Shown here: positions 36,331 to 50,348 of the stretch, one piece after another | Numbering within the stretch: the first letter of the stretch is position 1 | Layout of the letters: each line of letters opens with the position of its first letter | NCBI GenBank assembly: GCA_013265495.1 | Contig: MU058781.1 | Span: 1,158,963 to 1,222,962, forward strand | Origin: Vicugna vicugna | Taxonomy: Eukaryota | Reading direction: 5' to 3' | Length of the DNA stretch: 64,000 nt | Made by a program: the position numbers and the translations under genes | The notes under the pieces: model-generated | Told to the model about the DNA's origin: nothing | Database searches by the model: none | Seen by the model: the letters and a program-made list of their open reading frames with translations, nothing else

Positions 36331-36583
36331 GAGTAAAAACCGAAAAATGAGAGAAAGAAAGGAATTGTAGTTTTCCAGTCTGTCAGAGCTTGTTTTGCTG
36401 CACACTGGAAAAAGAAAGGAAGGAAAAAACCCCCAAAAAACTGACCTGCCAGCTGTTTAAACATGACTGTAACATTTTAAAACATAGGCGACTCACACTG
36501 GTTTTTATCTGATTGATGCTTCTCTAACTCTTTGAAGACCTGGGGCCATCTAGGAAGTTATGTCAATTTATAATTTTCCGGTG

Positions 36584-36586
<3 letters not shown>

Positions 36587-36618
<32 letters not shown>
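36587..36618. repeat. (TG)n microsatellite
   Basis: Visible. Confidence 0.95.
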
Positions 36619-36622
<4 letters not shown>

Positions 36623-39600
36623 CCAAATGAGGAACTGGCATTAGGGCGATGGTTGCTGTAATAGTCACTGGTACAGCTGACAGCAAAAATTGCACTCGAA
36701 AGATTGAGCTAAGGTGGAACCAGCCAGACTAGTTTTCCCACAACATGTGCTACACCCTCTGTGAAAAGCTGCTTTTTCTTGGCAAACTCATTTTTGCTTT
36801 AATGTAACAGGGAAGCGTGTGTCATAATGGGATGATGATGCCCGGTTTCACCAGGGCTGGGAAGTGGGAGAGCTTGATGAAAGTGGAAGAACCTTTCCCA
36901 AGTTAAACCCAACATTCTGCCAAAATTGTAGAAATTTGATAAAATAGTTGGATTGATACCCTTTATTTAAAGATTCCTCTCTCAAAGGACTCCTAATTAT
37001 ATCTAGTGTTTGGATCTTAAACATACAGCTTCTGGTTTTTTATCTTAAAAAACTCAGAGCAATGGTAATGTTGGTCTGTTCCTCCAATCACTGAGTTAAA
37101 CAATAATTTGTATTATGTTTTTCTCTTAAAAAAAAAAGGTTACAATGCCTTTTCAAGTGTTTTTTTGTTTGTTTGTTTGTTTTGCTTTTTTTTGCTTGAT
37201 TCTAACACCAACTCTGGTGAGAAGCTATCTCCCTTTTGCAGGTGTGTCATATGAATTTGGGAATAAAAAAATCAGCAGTTGCCTTGGCTAATAAATATAG
37301 TGGAGGTAGGATTCAAACACAGCTGTTCCCACTCCAGAGAGCAATTTTCATCTTTGCGTGAAAACTTCTCCGTTTTTTCCTAGCTTCTCTGGTCTAGAGA
37401 TGGTCAGGGCCAGACTAGCCCCTGCTCAGGACAGAGTTTCACCTTGGAGCCTGGGAATTAACCCAACGGGCCTGATGGCAGACAGGGTGGTACACCCTCC
37501 ACCAGGGAGTCCGCGTCCATGACAAAGTTGAGTTCTTCGTCATACTCTGTTAATCCATCTTTGTCTCCTCTCTCTGTCATCACTTATTTATCAGGACCAG
37601 CCCTAAGGCAAACTGAGATGCCAATTCCATTTTGTATGTTTTTGTGATCTTTAATTTTTTTTAATCATCGTTTTCACCAAACACGTCCACCAGCAGCCTC
37701 TGCGTTAGGTTTCTTACACATTTTGTTTGATTAATTGAAAACTTATGAAGGATTAAGTATGCTCAGAATGATATAAGACAGGGTTGCATTTTTATTTTCT
37801 GATGACTCAGATCCCACCCATATCCCATAAGTAGCAACTGACTATCATCCAAGGTAAAAGAAAAAAAAAACTGTCTGGAATATATTATGAACTTGCTCCA
37901 ACACCTGCCTGTATTTTTGAATTGAGGTATTCCTTCTTACAGTCACTCAGAGGAATGACACTCATTTTCACAGCTATGAAGTTAGAAAAAGCCTCCCTCT
38001 CGCATCGATTCCTAGAAAGATTTTTCGATTTTTTCATCTTCCCAAGTGAATACATTTCACTCCTATTCCTTCCTCCCGCGATGTTTCTCATTCCTGCTTT
38101 CCCTGCTTTTAAAGTCACTCCTGACATTCTGAAAGCTTCTCTTCTGTCCTGCATTCACTGCACACCTCTCCTCCTCTTATTTTTAGGCGCTTTCCTAAAA
38201 CTCCACTTCCTCTATAAGGTTTTCCATGACTAAGGCGAGAGGAGACCATATGTGAGGACACGCCCTTTTGCACAATAACACGTGTGCACACTCTCTGGAA
38301 CATGCAATCCAGAAACTCTTTCACCAGCCTGCCAAGCCCTCCACTCCTGGACGGAGAGACGCAACTCTGTGTGAAGGCTGAGCAGCGCTTAGAGGCTGGT
38401 TCCACACCAGGGTTCCCGAGACCGTGCACGGCGCCTCTCTTCCAAGGCGCCCAGCGTGCTCTGTAAGCACTTTGCACGTTTTCTCTTTGACATAAGGTTG
38501 TCAACAAATCCCACTATTCATCGACAGGAGCTGAAGGGGACAGAACTTTGGGGAAGTGAGGCAGCTCCCAGAGACAAAGCGGGACAGAGATGCTGCACCA
38601 AACACTCTTCAGAGTAAACCATGCGCATAACAGAGACTCCAGGGAAATGCTTTTTGTCCAAGGATAATAAAAAAAGGTTAAAAAAAAAAAAGAAGGAAAC
38701 TTCTTTCTGTACCACAAATAAATTCTGAGAACAACTCCTACGTCGAGTCACAATGATGACTAATAAAATAAAACTGATGCTGGTGTAAGACACTCCTTTC
38801 TCGGGAAGCAAAATGAGGACGATGGCCGCCGAGCCATCAAGGACAGGACAGAGAGACAAGACGAAGCTGTGCCAGCACCTCACTCCTGTCCTGGGCCTCC
38901 CCGGGAGGGCGTCGTTTGCTGTACGTGAGACTTCTGCACACGTGTCACTCAGTAGAACATGAACAAATCTTGAGTACTTTTCAGAACAAAAGATGGGAAA
39001 TGTTGCCTCTATAGCCTGTCTTTTTAGGAGACCAGACTGAACGTCATGGCTATGAAATAATCCCAAATATCTTTCACCTTTTAGACATAGCCTAGGATTT
39101 ATTTTTTTTCCTATTTATTTTGTATTCATTTGGTCTATTTTATGACCATATAAATAATACATTTTCTACAACAGAAACCTCTCTAGTACATCTGTTGATC
39201 ACGACAGATGGTCCAATTAAAAGGAAAGGCCTGCCTTCGTGTTCAAGGCAGAGCGTCACGTGTTGGGGACACTGTTGCTCCTTCATCACATGAAGGTGGG
39301 TGGCAGAGGTGACTCTCGTGATGCTTGACCGTCCCGGGACACTAATTTCAGTGGAAGTCTGTGATCAGAGGTGATCTCATCTCAGGCTTTTGAAATATAC
39401 TATCAGAAGACATTTTCCCATGTCAATCTTTGCTCTACTTTTTATGCCTTTCTTTTTTTAAAAAAATAAAAATGTCCTTTCTTGTATTGACATCTTTTAG
39501 AGAAGGGAAATTTATTCAAAAGTCATAAAATCTATGATTTCAGCAGCTTCCAAAGAAAAGGCTGAGGGGAAAGCAACATATTCCTTTCTTTTGAGGGAAT

Positions 39601-41199
39601 AAGAATCAAGAGCTATTTTTCTCATCATTCATTCAGAAATTTAGAAGGAGTTGAAATCAATATGTTTTGTAGGAACTATAACTTCCTCGCCAAATATTCT
39701 ACAGAAACATTTTTTCATAAATTTCACAGAGTGTTTTTATACCACTGTTACTCTTTTTCTAAAGTCTTTGGGAAAAGAATTAAACCTGTTCCCTGGGCAA
39801 ATACTTCTGTTTGATAAAAGAAAAAAAATAGACTTTCTCATCTTCCTTGCCTTTCAGTGTCATGATTGCTTAAAAACATTTTTTGTTTTCTCCTGTCCAT
39901 TTTTATAACATCTGCCTTGTGCTGCGTTGGCTTAACCAAGAATGGGGAGGGGACCAAGGAAGGGCTCTGCTTAGAGACACAAGCAAGGCCCCCTCTCACG
40001 CATGGGGGAGGTCCCAAGTCCCAACCCACAGGCAGGAACTCAAGAGCCTGGAACGCCCACAGGGGGGGAAAGAACAAATTAACCGTTCACCGCTGCTCTT
40101 CTCCCAAACTGTCTCCCCAAAACGTCTTCGCTTCAGTTTCTGGTCGGTCCTAGAGGAACCTTGTTCATTTTCTCTTCCCTGTATTCGGGCCAGTGGCCCT
40201 GATAAGATCAAAATGAGTCAACTTCATGTATTTTCCCAACAAAACTTTGTTGTTAGATGCATCAGGAGAGAAAAAGTCTTGGAATGTAAAACAGGGTCCG
40301 ACGTCCAACTCAATCCAAGATACAAGATGAGTTTTTAGAACAGTTTTCAAATAACTTAAATCCTCCCTGAAATTCTGCCTGTGCAAATGTATGTGCCATC
40401 AGCTTGACATATTGTTCAGCTACAAGTAGTTAAGTGCTAACCGGAACAATGTAGCAAGAATCAGCTTTATAAAATGAGAAAAGGTACCAAGCATGGTGTC
40501 CTCTGGCCTGGCCAGCTGGCAGGTCTTGCCCATCAGGGGTCCATTATTTAGGATGAGATCTTAGGTGGTTCTTGATCATCTCATGAGAGCTGTAGTGAGA
40601 AGCTGACTTGAGATTTAAATTCTCAGGCAAGAGGTCCTTCAGGCTAAGTTGAAAAGCTCAAGAACTCAGTGCCACTACCCCCATTAAATGTAAGCTGGGC
40701 AGGAGTTGGTCTGAAAAGCTGGCTGAGAAAGAGAGCCACCCAGATCTGGTCCCACCCATGAGGATGTGATGCTGGGAACACAGACCTACAGCTGGGGCTC
40801 TACTCAGAAACAGGCCAGAAGTAGATAAGAAGAAAAGCCAGAGAATCCTAGTACAGGTTAGTCATCATTTTCAGGACCCAGGGACCAGATTTTATCATAG
40901 AAAACTGACTCCGTAAGAGAACAGAGTAGATTAAACATCTAAGCGCACGTTCCGCCCACAATTAACTGCCAAGGCTTTGTCTGCCGTGTCATTGCATTCT
41001 GCCCAAGCTAGTGTACAATCTGCCAGTGGTCTTGAGACTTTCTCCTAAGCCTTTTCATTTATTCTTTTCCAAGACTTTCTTCCCAACCAAAAGTCTGGCC
41101 AAGGCATTTCTACAGTCGGTGCAAAAAGACACGCCATTGGGATGAGGGGAGGGCAATCACAGCAGCACTTTGGGCGTGCATCCGTTATCTGGTAAAGGG

Positions 41200-41430
41200 T
41201 AGGTAATAATATGAACTGAGCACTTACCCTGTGCTGGTCACGGGTCCAAGTCCTTTATATGACGTGGTGGTGTAATCCTCGACGAGGAGAGAGCTGCATT
41301 ATCTCCACTTGACAGATGAGGCAACTGAGGCAATAAAAAGCTGAGCATTTCCATAAGGTTACGCAGCTAGTAAATAGCAGAACTGGGGTTTGAATCCAGC
41401 CAATCCAGTTCCAAAGTCACGACTCTACTC
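41200..41430 (-). mobile_element. MIR SINE
   Basis: tgagcacttaccctgtgc...ccacttgacagatgaggcaactgaggca..cagctagtaaatagcagaactggggtttgaatcca. Confidence 0.85.
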
Positions 41431-41589
41431 TGAGAGAAAGGCTGGGAAATGCAGAAATATTTACATGTGGTGTTGAGGAACTGGCCCTTGTGTAAAAACT
41501 GCAATTCTGTGTCCTCTTAATAGAGCAGTAAAACGCAGTGGTGTGAATGGCAACCTCCGTCAGCGTATTGCTCATGTCATAAATTCCCA

Positions 41590-41810
41590 GCTGCGGTTTA
41601 CCAGTCCCATGAGCTGGTCATGATCAACTCTATGACCTGGGTAAGGCACCTAATTGTTCTGTGCCTCAGTTGCCTCATCTGTGAAAGAGGGACAATGATG
41701 ATAGTGGTACCTGCCTCACAGAATCATTGTGAGGGTCAAGAAAAGTAAGATACAAGGGGCACTCAGAACCGTGCCAGGCACACGGGAAATGCTATACACA
41801 CATGAACTTT
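41590..41810 (+). mobile_element. MIR SINE
   Basis: atgacctgggtaag..tctgtgcctcagttgcctcatctgtgaaa..gtacctgcctcacaga..cagaaccgtgccaggcac. Confidence 0.85.
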
Positions 41811-44800
41811 TAGCAGCAGAACTTCAGAGCGAGCAAGCATTCATCCAAACCGCTTTCAAGAACAGTCACCAAGTACGTGGTAAGCATCCCCTTCAGTGGT
41901 GTATTCCTCCATTTCCGGAAGTCGCCACTAACGCAGATGCTAGTCTGGGATGCTAAATCCCTCTCTCCATGACACCCGCGTTCATTCTCCGGGGAGGGCA
42001 GAGGCTGGTGCGGGAGGGGCGGGCGGGGGAGCAGAGGCAGGACGGGCCACTGGCCGGGGCCGCTGCAGACCCAGGGGAAGCAAGGCGCTGAGCAGCACCA
42101 CGGCAGAGATAGTGTCAGGAATTGATTTCAAATCAGGTTCTTCAGGATGACGCGGAGGACGATTATAATCATGACTGTTACCGTCATTATACCTCGCAAT
42201 TACCTTGGCTTAATTAAGTCAGACTTGTGAAGTGCTTTGAGATCCTCAGATGAAAGGTGCCACGTTCCTCTGAAGGGTCATTTTGCTCCTCCCGCTCCTT
42301 TCATCCAAGGTGATTACAGGTCTTCAGAAGCGTTAATTAATCCTCTTAGCAGCCCCAGAAAGTAGATAAGCGTAGGTGTCATCTGCACCGGGTCCAGGGG
42401 GGTTAGTGGTAGCTGTTCCACGGCCAGGTTGGCTGTTGGGAGGCCCCAAGATCACAGGGCTTTGCGACTTGGGCGCCTGAAATTTGGACAAGCCTCCAAT
42501 TTAGCAGCAATTCGATGAGGAGCAATATTCACACGGCCCCAGTTTTTTAAAATTATCATGCAGTTTATACTCAGAGGGGTATCCTCCAAGGCTTGGTTAC
42601 GAGGTGAGAAGCAGAGAAAAATAACATTGTCATCTACAATTTTTCAACGACCTGGTAACTTTATAATCAAACAAAACATTTTCTCGTGCCCTATAGTAAA
42701 GGATTTGTCCAATGTCATAAAACTGTGGAGCCTAAACTGGGAACTGACCTTAGTTTAAAACCATAGACTGAGTCTGATTTTCACTGAGATCTATTCATTG
42801 TGGTCTTTTTTCACTGTTCTTGATGCCCTCGCTCTTAGCATGAAGAGTACTTGAGAATAAAATACTGTGAGGCTCGGAATGTAATAGCCAACAGGTTAAT
42901 CCGCTTTTAATAGAACTTCTCTGGGGAGATTTCACTCCCTAACTTCTGTCTGTTTTCAGCACAAGCATCCAATGAGCAAAAGATTCCATCCTCCTGACTC
43001 CCCGGGGAACAGATTGCGATGATAAAGGGTTTTAAGGGATGTTGAATACACTTGTTTGCTTCTATTACGGAAGCTTTGGGATTCATCTTGTATCTTCTGT
43101 TTAGAAGCGCAGATGAACGTGTGAGTCCTCGTCGATGTCAGGCTGGACCACAACGGGGAAAGGGGCAGCCCCAGTTCCTGCTCTCACAGGGCCCTCTGAA
43201 AACTGGCTCTGTCCGCCGGTGGGTGTGGCTCTATCCTGGGGGCAGTGCTGGCGCGGTGGGGAGAGGTGCGCCCAGCTAACCCACCTACTGCTGGACCGCA
43301 CTTACCCAGGACAACCAACGCTGGTGTTGCACAGTCACGGACACCGATGACAGCTGTTTTTTCTTTACCTTTACTATGATTCTTGCCATTATCATCAAAT
43401 ACAATAAACTCCTAATTACTATTTGACATTCATTAAACCTTACAAAGCACAACCTCAAAACAGCCTCCACCAAAGGTTTACAATTTAGACAGGCAGAAAC
43501 GGAAACTCCATCTGAGTCTCAAACTTTGGCCCGAATCTGCTTTTTCACCACAGACTGCTGGTCTGAAGAGGATACAGAATTACTCACCGATGGTCTTTGC
43601 AAGGGCTGGGTTTGCTTTCTCTTGTCAGTAGAAGGACACCCTTTGAGACGCTGCTCTATTGCCTTTCCCAGAACTCCCTGGCATATAGTAAGTGCTCAAT
43701 AAAAGTATGTTGCCCGCTTAAACTGATCGACAGTGACACATGCGTTCCAGGTAGCATGCTGTATTTAGTTAAAATGTCACTAAGGCATTTACTTTTTTTT
43801 TTTTTACCTTTTTTAAACTTCTTTTTTAAATGTATTACAGCAGTTAGATTCGTGCTGTATGGTATAGATTAAATAAGGCTCTTTCAAACAGTGCTCCTCT
43901 TGCCCAGATCTGAAGTCTAGCACGTCCCTCCGCCTCCCTCCTCCACCCAGTCCTGCACACACTACAGTGACAGGGCTCCTCTGTGAGGCTTCCTGAGTCC
44001 ACAGCCTCCCTGCCGGCTGGGCGTCTGTTCTAATGGGCCTTGGCTATTGCCTTTGCTTCCTAATCCAAGTTCACTTTCCACTGACCTATAAGGTGCCTTG
44101 GGCCCTACCCATTGTCATCGACAAACTCCCCAGATCTGCTGGCCTTCTAACCTCCGACTCTTGCCTGTCTCGTGGCCCCATTGCCATAGTTGGCCCAGCC
44201 CGTGGGCCACCACGTTACCACACTGTGGCTTCCTGGCGCCGCTTTCCCGGTCTGGGACCAGGTATGGTACTTGGAGACTGAGCCTTGTGTACCGCCCACT
44301 TAATTCCTGTGTCATCCGGACACTCCACATCCCACACCTTTCCTCCGCTTCCCACCAAGTGATGTCAGAACGGGCTCAATGCCAATTCCCTGACCTGAGA
44401 CTCCCTGGACTCGTGTTCTTACGGAGGCTGTAGAACAAAGAGCACAGCTCTGGAAAGGCCACAAGGGGATGCAGTACACACCTGTTCAAAGCATCCTTCA
44501 GGGCAGTCAGTTGCTGCTTTGATGTGACAGTCAGAAAACTGGTTTGCCCCTCACCTCTGGAAACTCCTCACAGAGCATCTTGTCTCACCAGATCTAACTT
44601 TCACCATACGTAAGGGTTAAGTTTAGAGCCCAGACTCTATTTAAATTAGCTCATTAAAAATGTGAACCGACTATTATTTGGTGACTAGAAGTACGTAATA
44701 GTAAAATGGATTACACAGAAGCATATACAAAGAATGGATGATACATTTTGCAGGCAATTTCTATTAACCCTTTAAAGTTACCACCAGATGAATCATTTTT

Positions 44801-44986
44801 CTGAACGTACTTGAATGACATAAGGAATATCACCAAGATGAAGACTGTTACTCAGCGGTAGTACATACTCAATTGTTAACTGTGTAATAATTCAATTGAG
44901 TAAAGCAGTACATAGAATAAGTTACCTAGCCCAGCACCCAATGACAGAGAATCTCTCCAATACATGAATAAATGTTCATTTGTACT

Positions 44987-45545
44987 TGTTAGAATAATCA
45001 TCAGAATCTCTGCCGGCTCATATCCCAAAGGATGCCTCCTGCCTAAGGGTACCTCCACTGTTGGTCTGTATTTTGTCCCAGGTAACCCTGCTCACCCTTT
45101 ACCAAGGTTAAGTGGATGAGGAATGCGTACCTGACCCAGGGGGACCCAAACCGTAAGCTGGCCAAGACCCACGTCCTAGGGTCCCATAATGAACCGGTTC
45201 AATCCAATTCTTTCTTGGGAATTAGAAATAAGGGCATTTGGCTAGAAAGGTGAGTGAGAGCCAAAATTATGAGGGAGCAGAAACTCTGGGTGAGCAGACG
45301 TATGAAGCAGGGCTGAGTCACTTTAATAACAGAGCACTGGAGCGATGATCCATAGTCCCCTGGTGCTGGGTTTCCAGGGCTCATGTCCCAACCCACCCTC
45401 CCACCTGAGTCTCTGTGAGGCTCATTCACATGACAGTCCCAGATCTCTGTGTCCATAATAACCATTTCTCACACTGGTTCCTTCCTTAGCAACCTTGATC
45501 CAGCGTGAGTGGGTCGCCATTCCTTTTAACCAAAACTATGTTCTG
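44987..45545 (+). mobile_element. Old MaLR-type LTR remnant
   Basis: acctgacccagg..ccaaac and 3' end gcgtgagtgggt..cattccttttaaccaaaa resemble old MLT1 subfamilies; strongly diverged. Confidence 0.45.
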
Positions 45546-48500
45546 AAACCTGATTTTAAAAATCTGTAGGCTTATGTGATACTCTAAAGTTTTAAAAAGC
45601 AAAGTGAATTTTTTTCCTGCTGTTTTTTATTTCCTCATGGCAAAATAAGGGATGTCAAATGGTCAATATAATTAATACGTGCTCAGTATCATAAAATAGC
45701 TGCGTAACACTGGCTTTCAAGGATGGTGATGCAGGAATTGGTCCTAACACAGGGATGATACCAGTATCTGCTGAACCTGTGTGATGTTTGGGGGAAAATG
45801 AAGGGTCTTCAGCCACACACACAGTATCTCCGCCCTAAAGTTTAATGCTTCAAAACCCATAGCTTCATCCTTCATGTTTATCAATGTGATTCTTTGCAAA
45901 CAAATCGCCCAGGGGTGAGAGAGACTTAATTCTTTAGGTACTGGTAGTCATTTACACCTTAGTAAGATTAAGGGAGGGTTTTTGCTGAGGGGAACGGAAA
46001 GGCAGCATGGGGGCTCCTAAACAAAGACGAAATGAAAACAGCACCAGTAAGAAAAGAGAGGCAAGATTAGGGAGCTGACCTCACGCCTCATTGCAGCTCC
46101 TAAAACGAGACCTTGTTAATTTCGGGTGAAGCCTGACCATCAGCACAAACTCCCTTGGCTCCTGCTTGTGCCGAGTAAACCTTTGCCTTGATCCACGTGT
46201 AAGTCAAGCTCACACTTGGTAGAACTACTTCCCCTTTCCCTTACGTACTTTCTCTTCCCACCAAAGCTCAACAGTCACGTTTGTTTCTGGCTGCCTAGGG
46301 CGCCCCTCTTCTTCTGAGTCGGGGAGACAGCAAAACTCACGAGCCTGTTGGGATTCGTGCTGGGGCCCCAGGATGAACACCATGTCTACCTTGAAAAGAT
46401 AATTACAGTCCACAGAGTGCTGAAGGCAGTCATCCCAGCGTCTTGTTTATGACGTTTGTAACCAGATGGCCCTCAAAGTGTTTAAGCGCATTGGAACGTG
46501 CAGGATGCATTATTTATGGCACGAGATGGCGGACAGAGGTGGAACTTGGCATGGGCCGTCAGCAGGTACAGAGGGATGAGACCATCACAAGGGGGGTGGC
46601 TTCTAGGCAGCCAAAGAGAAAGTGCCCCCCCCCCGTCACATTAGCTTTCTCATCCCAGAGCTGTTGGACAAAAGCATAGCTCCACGTCCACCAGGAGCGC
46701 TTTCTGGGTTTCTGTGTGTGTGGGAAAGTGAATCCATCTCTCTTTGTTTTTCCAGAATTCACTGGCGAAAAGGCAAGTTTAAAAAGGAAAAGAAAACAAA
46801 AACTAAAACCTGGTGCTGGTGACAGAAAGGCTGGTTGGATTTAGAACATGAAGGTCCAGAGAGGGGAAAGGGATTCGTTCAGAAATGAAATGAGAAAAAC
46901 AGAACTTTCTTCCCAAGGAATGCCGGCCCCACCCCCACCCCCACCCACCCTCCTTCTCTCCGGGTCTCCCCTNNNNNNNNNNNNNNNNNNNNNNNNNNNN
47001 NNNNNNNNNNNNNNNNNNNNNNNNNNNNNNNNNNNNNNNNNNNNNNNCCTCCTTCTCTCCTGGTCTCCCTTCCTTCTTTATTATTGATACCTCTCTGCTT
47101 TTTTGATCTCTGCCTTCCTTTGCTTCAGCTTCCCAGGTGCCAAGGGAAAATGGCTAGCAGTGAGTTCTTCAGCTCCTCGGCCTCCATCGGCAGCCAGCCC
47201 CTCTGGCTCAGCCAGCTGGATCACACTGAATTAGTCAAGTACTTCATTATCTACCCTCTCTGCCATTTTGCTCCAGGTAACAAATGCCCAAACTAGAGTG
47301 CCAGTGCCTTCTGCTGCACTGTCTGTGGAGTCCCAGGTCCAGGCCAGTTCTGCACATCAGCCGCTCGTTCTGGGAGCGAGGGCCGCACTTCTCGTCCCTT
47401 GTCTGCAGAGCCTCCCCAAGTCCATTCAGACACAGCGGTTCGCTGCCCCTGGGGCTGCTGATACCTGGATGGCCGGGGAGCCCTCTGGAGGGCTGGGATC
47501 CCTCCCGCTCAGAGCGGACTGAGCCGAGCGGGAGCTGGCCAGCCGGTGAACCAGCCCAATTACCGTGTTGGGATGGATAGCGCGCTTGTTCACGGGCAGT
47601 GGGGCCTGGGGACCTGGGGCAAGGCCGCCTGACAATGGCCTGGCAAAAGCAGATCGCTGGGTCTGGCGGGGAAAGCCACGGGGTGGAATTGTTAAAAAAT
47701 CATAAAGCAGCCACCCTTCAAGAGTCACGTCAGAATAAATCGTGGTGTTAATTGCACGGCCCTCTCGCCGTTGGGATACACCCCCCAAACACGGCTGCTT
47801 AGCCTGGGGGGAAATCAGATCCAAGCTGAGACTTCCAAATCCAAGCACATTTTCTCAGCAGAATTTCCCTCTGCCTGTGCCTTTTTGCCTTTCCCGGGAA
47901 GACTCTGGGTTGAGCTCAGGGCTGCGGGGACACGAGGCTCCCAGGCCTCCTTTCTGGTCGGGCGTTGGCTGGCCGGGCTCCTGAACTCGGTGGGAGCAGG
48001 ATCAGCAGAACGGAGCTCTCCCATGTCTCTTCTCTGCCGACATGTTCAAGGGCCTTTTAGGGCGGCCAAGTTTGCAACGTCATGGGATTCTAAGTGCACT
48101 GAAGGAAATTTCGCTAGGGAGACTTACATTTCAGACAACGCTGCCTTCATGTAAATTAAGGGGGAATAAAATGACCTCAGGGTGAGGTTAAAATTCAGCG
48201 CTGCTGTGCAGCCTCAAGATAAGATTTCTTTTCTTTCTTTCTTTCCTTTTTTTTCCCCCTTACTTTCCTGGTCTAAGTATTCAGGGCAGATCCTGGAAGG
48301 GAGAGAGGTAAGTAGATCAAATCTCATTACATCAACATTAGCAGTCCTTATTCTCAGAGAAGTTCGGAGGCAAGAAGAGGTGTGCCCCCTGCCCCGCCCC
48401 ACCACCCCGACATGGGTGAGGGACCAAAACGACAGACAGGCATTTCTCTGGTCACAGAAGTCTACGCTGCGGCATTTAGATTAAAAAAAAAAAAATCTAC

Positions 48501-49574
48501 TGCAAAATACTGCTAAATTAATCCACCTTCTTTTGATTATTGATGTCCTACTGTTTTGTGCCTGCAACAACATACAAGATGCATCAGTCATTCATAAATT
48601 ATTCATTCAGTTATTTTGGCAGCAGTGTCTTTCCATTTATCAACTGATAAACGTACAGAAGATAAAAAGGATAATTTTATAGCCCCTTGACATTTACCTT
48701 TGACATGATTTTCATATTTTAAAAGGGGAAAACACTAACAAAGTGCGTTTGACGACACCGGAGGCATCACAAACCAACACCTGTGAAGTGAGCCACGGGC
48801 ACCTGACGGCCCAGCTTTGGCCAGGAGCGCCCGGAAACGCACCGGCGCTCTCCCGGCTCCTGCCGGATAGCCGCGCAGCCACGCCTGCCTCCCCGAAGTG
48901 AACCTAACTGAGGGTTTCTGCTTCTGTTTTCTTTGTTGTTTATTCATCTGTCAGGTCGGAACAGTTTTGCTCTGGGACTTAAACAGGGGACGGCACTGTT
49001 CATATCTTTAGTTTTTGCAGGGTGGTGGTCCAAGCTGTTTCATTTCCTAAACTGTATCTGCCAGGCAAGCTGAATGAGTCTATAGGGAAGGGGTTTGCCT
49101 GCTGGTTCTGCTATTTATGCCAAAGCAGCTCACTTGAGCATTCGTGCCTATCTTCCCCTGAGATTCTTGACAAAATTTGCCGTGAGTAAGCCCTCCGCTA
49201 CCTACCGGACCACGATAACCAGATTTTATCTCCGCCTGCATGTCACCAACATTCTCGCTTGCCTTTCCATTCTACTCTCCTTCTCTGCCTAATATTCATA
49301 TGTGGGGAGATCTGGAGAGAAGCAAGGATGCAGGTTGTCAGATGACCCTCCAGGGACTAATCTGGGATCTAGAAATGGGGCAAGAATTTTATCCAGATGG
49401 TGTGGGTTGCAGAAGTTGAACCACTGACTCTGGCAAATCAGAGCACAAAAAATGATAATAATGGCAGAAACTTTCTTCATGCTCCCTAACTAAGTGGTTT
49501 ATTTAAATGCTTCCCCTACATCCAAAAGCCTCATCCACACAGTTTTGCAGATTATGTTATTTGTTTGGCAAATG

Positions 49575-50047
49575 CGATACGTAGTGTTGATAATCCCAGT
49601 TCTGCAGCCCTGTACCCACAGTCTTTACCATGTGACTTCTCAGTTCTTCTCGCCAAAGAGGTACAGCCCATCTCCCCATTCGCTGAATCTTGGCTCAGCC
49701 ATGTTGATTTGCTTTGACCAGTGCTCTAAGACAAGCATGATGTTGTGCCAGTTCCAAGACAAGTTCGCAAGAATCCCATGTATTTCCCCTTTCCCTCTCG
49801 CACCTCTTCCGTTGCAAAAAAAGGACAGACTCAGACTAGCCTGCTCGTCTCCGGAAGAGGATGAAACATACACAGAGCAGAACCACTCCCAGCCCAGCTC
49901 AGCCTAAATCAGCAAACCTGCAGCCAGTTACAGACTTATGAATGAGCCTAGATGTGACCGACACACTCAGGATATTTAATAAATGGTTGTTGTTTTAAGC
50001 CACTGGGTTTTGAGGCAGTCTCTTATGCTGGAATAAGCAATTAATCC
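49575..50047 (+). mobile_element. MaLR LTR (MLT1H-like)
   Basis: ccatgtgactt, tttgctttgacca, tgtgccagttcca, cccagctcagcctaaatcagc, aataaatggttgttgttttaagccactg. Confidence 0.8.
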
Positions 50048-50269
50048 AGCAGGTAAAAGGATGAAATATCTACTTTGGGAGCCCTCCTTTGCTAACAATC
50101 TCGGGTGGCTTGTGAGAAAGAAATGAAAAGCTCCGAAGAAGATCTAGGCAATCTTTTAGGAAAGAAAATGACTGAACAATACCTGGATCAACTACACCCA
50201 GATTCAAGTTTAAAGGCAACAGACACTTTTTCACATACAAGAAGAAACATGTTTTAGATCCCAGTAGCT

Positions 50270-50348
50270 GCTGGGACATTGTGCTGTACACCAGAAATTG
50301 GCATGTTGTAATTGACTGTACTTCAGCTTAAAAAAAAGAAAGAAAGAA
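50270..50348 (+). mobile_element. Very short 5'-truncated L1 3' tail
   Basis: ctgggacattgtgctgtacaccagaaattg..gtaattgactgtacttca plus A-rich tail; same tail type as 641-944. Confidence 0.8.

Noticed and set aside
35606..36464. Longest ORFs in the track (198 aa and 183 aa, minus strand)
   Set aside because: These are stop-poor frames caused by CpG-island composition, with low-complexity runs and no recognisable domain.
41200..41810. Inverted pair of MIRs as a possible dsRNA or miRNA hairpin
   Set aside because: The copies are too diverged for extended pairing, and such pairs are common by chance.
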